32,000 nucleotides of DNA from Candidatus Saccharimonadota bacterium (lineage in GTDB: Bacteria; Patescibacteriota; Gracilibacteria; UBA1369; 2-02-FULL-48-14): positions 1,230,001-1,262,000 of the forward strand of contig CP064962.1 of NCBI GenBank assembly GCA_016699145.1, written 5' to 3'. The notes beneath the pieces are model-generated. The model was not told the DNA's origin and did no database searches. It saw nothing but the letters and a program-made list of their open reading frames with translations. The stretch's first letter is position 1, and the number at the start of each line of letters is the position of its first letter. Both the position numbers and the translations under genes were made by a program. Shown here piece after piece: positions 26,068 through 32,000 of this stretch.

Positions 26068-29000
26068 TGAAGCCTATTCCAAACTGAATCCTGAACAAAA
26101 AACCGCAGTGGATTCCATTGAGGGACCCATGATGGTGCTCGCCGGACCCGGAACTGGAAAAACACAAATTCTCACCCTGCGTATTGCCCGCATTTTGAAA
26201 GACACGCAGATGAGTCCGCAGAACATTTTGTGTCTCACTTTTACCGAATCGGGAGTTGCGGCCATGAGAAAGCGCCTCTTCGAATTCATTGGAACGCCGG
26301 CCTATTACGTGCGCATTCACACCTTTCATTCATTCTGCAACGAAATCATCAAGCAAAACCCAGAAAAATTCCTCTTCGCTCGCGAGCTCGAATCTCTCAC
26401 CGACATCGAATCTGTACAAGTTTTTCAAGCCATACTCGATAAGGCTCAAACAGGCGGGCCTTTGAAACCCTTCGCTGACCCTTATTTTTATCAGCGAGAC
26501 ATTGCGGGAATGATCAAAAATTTCAAGCGCGAAGACCTCAGCCCCGAGCTCATAACAGGGGTGCTCGACGAGACCGAGGCCACTCTAAAAAAACACGGAG
26601 CCATCATCGAAGCTTTTTGTGAAACCCGTGTGACCAGTCTAACCGAAGCGGACTTCACTCAGCTGCAACTCACGCTCGCAGGCAGCTTCCTCGCCAGTGC
26701 CTTCACACACTTCGATCTCAGTGAAAAGACTCAGCGAACAGAAGCCAAAAAAGAGCTCAAAGGGGACTATGAAGATGCTCAAAAAAATCTGCCCAAACAA
26801 CGTGCCCTCGTGGAGCTGTACAACGCTTATCAAACCGAACTTAAAAAGCGAGGCCGCTACGATTACGAAGACATGATCCTCATGGTTGTGCGCAAAATCA
26901 AAGAGGACGCCGACTTGCTCGCAAATCTCCAAGAGCAATTTCAATACCTCTTGGTCGACGAGTACCAAGACACCAACGGAGCCCAAAACGAAGTCGTCGA
27001 TTTGCTCGCAAGTTTTTACGAAGCTCCGAGCGTCTTCGTCGTTGGGGACGACAAACAATCCATCTACCGTTTTCAAGGTGCCTCACTCGAAAACATGCTG
27101 GCTTTTTATAAGCGTTACAAGGCAAACATCGAGCTGGTCTCTTTGCAAAACAATTATCGCAGTCAGCAGACCATCCTCGATGCGGCGACTCGCCTCATCC
27201 GCCACAACGAGCAAGGGCTCGAAACCCTGATTCCCGAGCTGCATCAAACCCTTCACTCACAGGCCGGACACCCCGCCACGAAGCTCATTCGCCAAGAGTG
27301 TGCCACCCCCGCCGACGAGCGCAGCTTCATTTTAGAATCCGTGCAAAAACTCATCGCCGCCGGCACCGAGCCGCGCGAAATCGCCGTGCTTTACCGTAAC
27401 AACGCCGATGCCGATGCACTCGAAGAACTCTTCCTTCGTGCCAAAGTCCCGTTTCACATTTTCTCTGGCAAAGACATCCTCAAAGACAAAAAAATTCAAA
27501 GCCTCCTTCGCCTGCTCACTTGGCTTTCAAGCCCCACCGACGACCGCGAACTTTTTCTACTGCTCAACGCGGACTTTCTCAAACTTCCCGCACTCGAATT
27601 ATTGAAACTTTCTCGCAAAGCGGCCGATGCTCGTCAGCCCCTGCTGGATGCCATGGGTGAGGCGGAAAAACCGTTTCAACTCTTGCGGGAAAAACTCGCA
27701 GAGTGGCAAAAAGAAGCGAACAACAAAACCCTTGTCGATTTCTTTGAACTCGTGATCAACGACTCTGGCTACCTCTCCCACCTCATGGCTCAGGAAAGCC
27801 GCATCGAACAGCTCAATCGATTGAATACATTTTTTGATCAACTCAAAGCCTGGTGCCGAGCCAATCCCAAACTCACGCTCGAGGGCTTTGTCGAACTGCT
27901 TCAACTCCATCAAGAAAATCGAATCGCCATCAACGAAGCCGAACTCAGCACCCAAAAAAATGCCGTCGCGCTCATGACCGCGCACCGATCCAAAGGCCTC
28001 GAATTCGAGCATGTTTTCCTCATGAACGCCGTGGACAAACACTGGGGCAACAATCCCGACCGCAGCAAAATCAAAGCTCCCGCCGGCCTCCTCAAAAGCC
28101 TCGAACTCTTGCCCAAAGAAAAAAACGAAGACGAGCGCCGCCTCTTTTACGTGGCCATGACCCGCGCAAAAAAATCACTCACTTTCACACTCGCCACCAC
28201 CAATGAAAACGGAAAAGCCCAAACGCCCTCGCTCTTCCTGGAAGAGCTCGGCACCGAAGGCATCGAACGCCGCGAATGCGAAGACGAAACACCCAATCCC
28301 GATCAACTCGAGCAGCGTCTGCTCCTCAACTTCCAGCCCATCGTCCGCGAGGTGTCTCAAGAAGAACGCGACTATGTGAAAAGCCTTTTGCACAACTACA
28401 CCCTCAGTGTGACCCACCTCACGACCTATCTCCGCTGCCCCCGACTTTTTTACTACAAGGTGCTGCTCCGTGCGCCTCGCGCCAAAACCAAAGAAGCCGC
28501 TTTTGGAACCGCCGTGCATGAAGCTCTCAAAGATTTGCTACTGGCCAACAAAAGGGGGGGAGCCACCCAGCAGCTTTTTCTCGACTCCTTCGAACGCCAC
28601 CTTCGCCGCGAAATTTTGCGCGAAAAGAATTCGAATACGCGCGCCAATTTGGCTTAGAAACCCTCGCGGCATACTACGACCATTATGAAGGGCGTTTTTC
28701 TCAAAACGTGCTGATGGAATTTGACTTTGCTCCTCATCACGTGCGCGTGGAAGGCGTACCCATCACCGGTAAACTCGACAAAATTGAATTCCAGGGCGAT
28801 AAAAGCGCCACCGTCACCGACTACAAAACCTCGAACCCCGATTCTCACGCCAGCGAACTCCGTCCCGGCGGCGACTATCACCGCCAAATCGTCTTCTACC
28901 AACTGCTCTGCGACCATTCGACTCAGTTTCCCTACAAAATGACAGCCGGCGAAATCGACTTCATCCAAAAAAGCAAAAAGGAAGAGGACTTTCTCCGCGA

Positions 29001-29142
29001 ACGCATCCACGTGACCGACGCCGACAAAGCCGCCCTCATCGAAACCCTCAAAGACACCTATGCAGACATCCTAGACCTCAAATTCCTCGAACCCGACGAA
29101 TTCGCTCTCTGCGGGAATTGCGACTATTGCCAGATGGCCTAA
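26057..29142 (+). pseudogene. UvrD/PcrA-type SF1 helicase fused to a C-terminal PD-(D/E)XK (RecB/Cas4-like, 4-Cys) nuclease, interrupted by a 1-nt frameshift near 28623-28630
   Basis: Helicase motifs: LAGPGTGKTQ (I), LLVDEYQDTN (II), VGDDKQSIYRFQGA (III), NYRS (IV), TAHRSKGLEFEHVFL (V), YVAMTRAKKSL (VI). Nuclease: the first Cys (YLRCPRLFYY) lies in the 26057-28657 frame, while GKLDKIE, VTDYKTS, QIVFYQLL and CGNCDYC lie in the frame that is open over 28522-29142. This could be a true pseudogene, an assembly indel or a -1 slip. Confidence 0.8.
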
Positions 29143-29155
29143 ACTCCGCTAGAAT
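29127..29155 (+). promoter_or_regulatory. Putative promoter of the 29178 gene
   Basis: TTGCCA (29127-29132), a 17-nt spacer, then TAGAAT (29150-29155). Confidence 0.45.
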
Positions 29156-29177
29156 ATCCGCCTCGTACAAAACTTTT

Positions 29178-29711
29178 ATGAGTTCAAATTCAACACAAAG
29201 GACGCAAGTGCCAGACGTCGATGTTCAAAGACCAACCATGATCGATGCAATGGTGGACGAATTGATAGCCGAAGAATACCCAAAAGTTCTAGCTGCCATT
29301 GAAAACTGTGACATGTCAGGACAACACATGCCCGTCGATGAATTTATGGGAAATCTTAAAGCGATAGGGATTTCTCTTAAGGGAATTCGTTTAAATGAGA
29401 AAAATGAATTGGTGAATGGAAATACCTTATTGGGATCTTACTCTCCAGCTCTAGGACAAATTTATGTTGAAAGAAACTTTAAAGCCATCCTCACTCAAAT
29501 GGTGGATAGCTATTTTGAGAAAGATAATTTGCTAGGTGCGTTATATGTGCTTCAGTCAGAAGGCGGATACGTGGGCCCCAAGATACAGGCAGATCTGCTC
29601 CATGATTTAGAGACAAAAAGACTTCAATCCTATAGCGCACTAAGTGCAGTATTTTCAATACGCAAACAAAGCTACGCCACGCACACCGCCTCAGAAGCAG
29701 TAGCTTTTTAA
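29178..29711 (+). CDS. Hypothetical protein (low-GC gene)
   Basis: 177 aa from ATG 29178 (MSSNSTQRTQ). The longer ORF from 29118 would begin upstream of the predicted promoter. There is no signal peptide and no recognised motif. Hand-counted GC is 32-43%. Confidence 0.6.
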   Translation: MSSNSTQRTQVPDVDVQRPTMIDAMVDELIAEEYPKVLAAIENCDMSGQHMPVDEFMGNLKAIGISLKGIRLNEKNELVNGNTLLGSYSPALGQIYVERNFKAILTQMVDSYFEKDNLLGALYVLQSEGGYVGPKIQADLLHDLETKRLQSYSALSAVFSIRKQSYATHTASEAVAF

Positions 29712-29724
29712 ACAGCACTTACTC

Positions 29725-29737
29725 AAATTCTGGTGGG
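29725..29737. repeat. 13-bp direct repeat AAATTCTGGTGGG, distal copy (att-like)
   Basis: Identical to 30508-30520, which covers the last 7 nt of tRNA-Val (CCCACCA on the minus strand) plus the 6 nt downstream. Confidence 0.7.
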
Positions 29738-29771
29738 GAAGAGGCCTCACGTTCTGGAAGAGGCCAAGCCT

Positions 29772-30434
29772 CTAGATACAATCTGAAGTATAATCTCCCG
29801 GGTCTCCTTCACCGTTTTCACCGTAGCATAAGGGTCTTTCATCTGTAGCATTGGATTCTCCATCAGCATCGAAATCCAACTCTCCGTCGGTATAACACTC
29901 TCCACTATAGAAACTATATTTAGAGCAAGGATTGTAGCCCATAAGGAATTCGTTCCAGGTTGAAATTCCATCCCCATCAGAGTCAGACTCATTAACCTCA
30001 TAGCCATAATTTGGATCAGAGGTGCCCTCTCCAACAACATCAAAAACTGCCGCTCCACATACCCTTAAAGGAATTTTATTGACCTGCTTCATGTAAATAT
30101 ATTGGCATCTGGCCTCAGCTTCATCTTGTTGATCATTACACTCAGCACTCCCTCCTTCTTCTCGTTGACAGTCATTTGCATCTACTTCAGCTCCGAGAAA
30201 GCATGAATTGTAAAAGTTGTTTGCTTGACTCCAAGAATACTGCATTTCTCCTGTATGGGCATCTACAGGACAAACAGTCGCCACATCTTGAATGGCAGTG
30301 TCTTCTGAATTTGACCCCTTACATCCTGCTAAAGCAGCCAAAATTGCGCCTCCTTTAAAAAGGTGTGAGGCTAACTTTGCAGAAGCTGAGACCCCTGTAT
30401 TTAATGCATTCAAAGCGGATTTAGGAAATTCCAT
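29772..30434 (-). CDS. Cys-rich secreted lipoprotein with DxDxDG-type calcium-binding loops
   Basis: Lipobox AILAALAG|C after a long n-region, with 10 further Cys residues in the mature part. There are two acidic loops, SDSDGDGISTWNE and DFDADGESNATDE (thrombospondin-type-3/EF-like). The start is ATG 30434, since the 30464 start lies upstream of the predicted -10. Confidence 0.7.
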   Translation of the reverse strand: MEFPKSALNALNTGVSASAKLASHLFKGGAILAALAGCKGSNSEDTAIQDVATVCPVDAHTGEMQYSWSQANNFYNSCFLGAEVDANDCQREEGGSAECNDQQDEAEARCQYIYMKQVNKIPLRVCGAAVFDVVGEGTSDPNYGYEVNESDSDGDGISTWNEFLMGYNPCSKYSFYSGECYTDGELDFDADGESNATDERPLCYGENGEGDPGDYTSDCI

Positions 30435-30455
30435 ATTAGGATAGGTTAAAAGCCA

Positions 30456-30484
30456 TATATACAATACTTTATATATTTAGTCAA
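30456..30484 (-). promoter_or_regulatory. Putative promoter of the lipoprotein gene
   Basis: Read on the minus strand: TTGACT (30484-30479), a 17-nt spacer, then TATATA (30461-30456). Confidence 0.5.
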
Positions 30485-30507
30485 ATTACAACGGCAGAAA
30501 TTTAAAA

Positions 30508-30520
30508 AAATTCTGGTGGG
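30508..30520. repeat. 13-bp direct repeat AAATTCTGGTGGG, tRNA-proximal copy
   Basis: Overlaps the 3' end of tRNA-Val (30514-30520) and the 6 nt beyond it. An exact copy lies at 29725-29737. Confidence 0.7.
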
Positions 30521-30590
30521 CGATAATGGACTCGAACCATCGACCTCCACAATGTCAATGTGGCGCTCTAACCAGCTGAGCTAACCGCCC
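30514..30590 (-). tRNA. tRNA-Val (anticodon GAC), CCA encoded
   Basis: The reverse complement folds as acceptor GGGCGGT/ATCGCCC, D arm GCTC-AGCTGGTTA-GAGC, anticodon stem CCACA/TGTGG with loop TTGACAT (GAC), T arm GATGG-TTCGAGT-CCATT, discriminator A, then CCA. Confidence 0.95.
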
Positions 30591-30723
30591 ACAGAGGTCT
30601 TTTCGTGCCCATCAGCAAGCGCTAATGAAGCGCAGCCATACTAGAGACTATCTCAAGAAAAGGCCAGAGTATTTAGGACGGCACTGACTCCGTGCCCATC
30701 TTTTCCCTTTTTTGCCTTAGCCT

Positions 30724-31923
30724 CTACTCAACAATCGAGATCCCGGCAAGTTCACCGGTTTTCACCTGTTCGGCGCTGGACGCTTCCAAGGCTTCTAAAA
30801 TCTCTGAAAAACTGAGCTCAGGATCTTGCATGAGCAAACGCGCCACCGCAGCAGTCACAAAGGCCGTTGCTTGAGAAGTGCCACTTTTATAACCGTATTC
30901 ATTGCCTGGCAAAGAAGATTTCACGCGATAGCCATAAGCCGCCACATCCACCCAATTGCCATAATTGGAACTGGGCATCTGATGTCCCCCCGCATCCACA
31001 CTGCCCACCGCCAAGCTTTGAGCATAACTGGCAGGGTAAAAGCCCACATCTTTCCCTGAATTGCCAGCAGCGGAAACCACAATGATTCCCTGGTCGTAAG
31101 CCTTAGCGATCAAATTTTCCAAGGCATAAGAAGACGTGCTCAGGCCAAAACTGGCATTCACCACTGTAACGCCGTCTTGCATGGCTTTTGAAAAAGCCTC
31201 CAAAACGTTCGAAAGTTTGCCTCCTTTGCTGTCCACTATCTTATAAGGAACCAGGCTCACCCCTGGCGCATGAGCGGCAATGATGCCCGCAATATGGGTG
31301 CCATGACCCACATCATCCACCATGGTTTCGTCGTCCTTCAAGGTGTTCCACCCTTTTTGTATGGAAACATCTGCAAAAATCTCATGCCCCTCATCCACTC
31401 CACTGTCAATCACCGCCACCACCACTTCATTCAAAGGCTCCGAACTCAAGGCCACTGGCTGCGAAGCCATTGGATTCAGTTCCCACTCATAAACGGGGCT
31501 TTCCAAGCTCACTTCCTGATCCAATTCCACATGAGCAAATTCGGGAATGCTGCGCGCATATTGATCTGCAATTTCAGCTAATTTTTCATCCGAAAGCGGG
31601 TCTTGAGGCTGTAAAAGCAGCAAATGCTCTTCTTCCTTTAAACTGACCACGAGCCCTTTATTGTCCTTTTTTTCTTGCACAGGGATCAAGGCATCCGCCT
31701 TATAAAGCTCTGCAATCAGAGCAGATTCACTTTCTTTATCGATGAGCAAATCCTCCACATTCATCTGATACTGGTAATTGAGCGTGCGCAAAGCTTTGAG
31801 TGAATTCAATTCGAAAAGCTCGCTGCGGGGATGAATTTGAGCATCCAAAAGGGTCAAACCCAGGGCGAGTCCAACGGCTAAAGTGACCGGGATATAAGAG
31901 AGAAGTTGAGAGCGTGAAAGCAT
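30724..31923 (-). CDS. S8-family (subtilisin-like) serine peptidase, secreted or membrane-anchored
   Basis: Catalytic triad contexts: VAVIDSGVD (Asp), HGTHIAGIIAA (His), GTSQATAFVTAAVA (Ser). The N-terminal hydrophobic signal/anchor is IPVTLAVGLALGLTLL, followed by a propeptide-like region. Confidence 0.93.
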   Translation of the reverse strand: MLSRSQLLSYIPVTLAVGLALGLTLLDAQIHPRSELFELNSLKALRTLNYQYQMNVEDLLIDKESESALIAELYKADALIPVQEKKDNKGLVVSLKEEEHLLLLQPQDPLSDEKLAEIADQYARSIPEFAHVELDQEVSLESPVYEWELNPMASQPVALSSEPLNEVVVAVIDSGVDEGHEIFADVSIQKGWNTLKDDETMVDDVGHGTHIAGIIAAHAPGVSLVPYKIVDSKGGKLSNVLEAFSKAMQDGVTVVNASFGLSTSSYALENLIAKAYDQGIIVVSAAGNSGKDVGFYPASYAQSLAVGSVDAGGHQMPSSNYGNWVDVAAYGYRVKSSLPGNEYGYKSGTSQATAFVTAAVARLLMQDPELSFSEILEALEASSAEQVKTGELAGISIVE

Positions 31924-32000
31924 GGCGTGTGACTAAATTTGGCTAGAGCTTGGCACAATATTTAAAAAAAGACTAGACAAGTTTTTCTGGATTGTATATA

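Overview
The window reads as a compact, mostly housekeeping stretch of a small-genome bacterium. It uses the standard genetic code (TGA acts as a stop in three ATGA stop/start overlaps). Promoters are sigma70-like (TTGnnn-N16-18-TAnnnT), leaders are short and mostly lack a Shine-Dalgarno sequence, and many gene junctions overlap.

Confidently recognised genes: rarA, a TrpR/YerC-like regulator, thyA-folA, xth, a VIT1/CCC1 transporter, tRNA-Phe(GAA), a YbaK/ProX-type deacylase, an FNR-like oxidoreductase, ychF, a bifunctional Rel (RSH), mnmA, a sortase and ligA. There is also a five-gene minus-strand operon (comF-like, two GT4 glycosyltransferases, dnaX, folC-like), a NUDIX hydrolase, a UvrD-type helicase fused to a PD-(D/E)XK nuclease, tRNA-Val(GAC) and an S8 subtilisin-like peptidase. 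I found no CRISPR array, rRNA, transposase or integrase.

Observations most worth a second look:
1. 189-1352: a secreted protein whose N-terminal domain matches, block by block, the eukaryotic FBA/Fbs1 (FBXO2) N-glycan-binding domain, fused to SLH cell-wall anchors.
2. About 29.1-30.5 kb: a low-GC islet abutting the 3' end of tRNA-Val. An exact 13-bp direct repeat of the tRNA 3' end brackets a Cys-rich, DxDxDG-containing lipoprotein gene.
3. The helicase-nuclease is split by a 1-nt frameshift at an A-run (A AAG).
4. An orphan HisA-fold protein in which both catalytic aspartates appear to be substituted.
5. An unusually long (~187 nt) structured leader with mutually exclusive pairings, a terminator-like hairpin and a 33-codon uORF, upstream of a hypothetical gene plus an N-formylglutamate-amidohydrolase-family gene.
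6. A mini-MscS lacking the C-terminal domain, an orphan methyltransferase-like protein, and a well-promoted bL33-like small basic protein.

All homology calls come from motif recognition by eye and memory. No searches were run.
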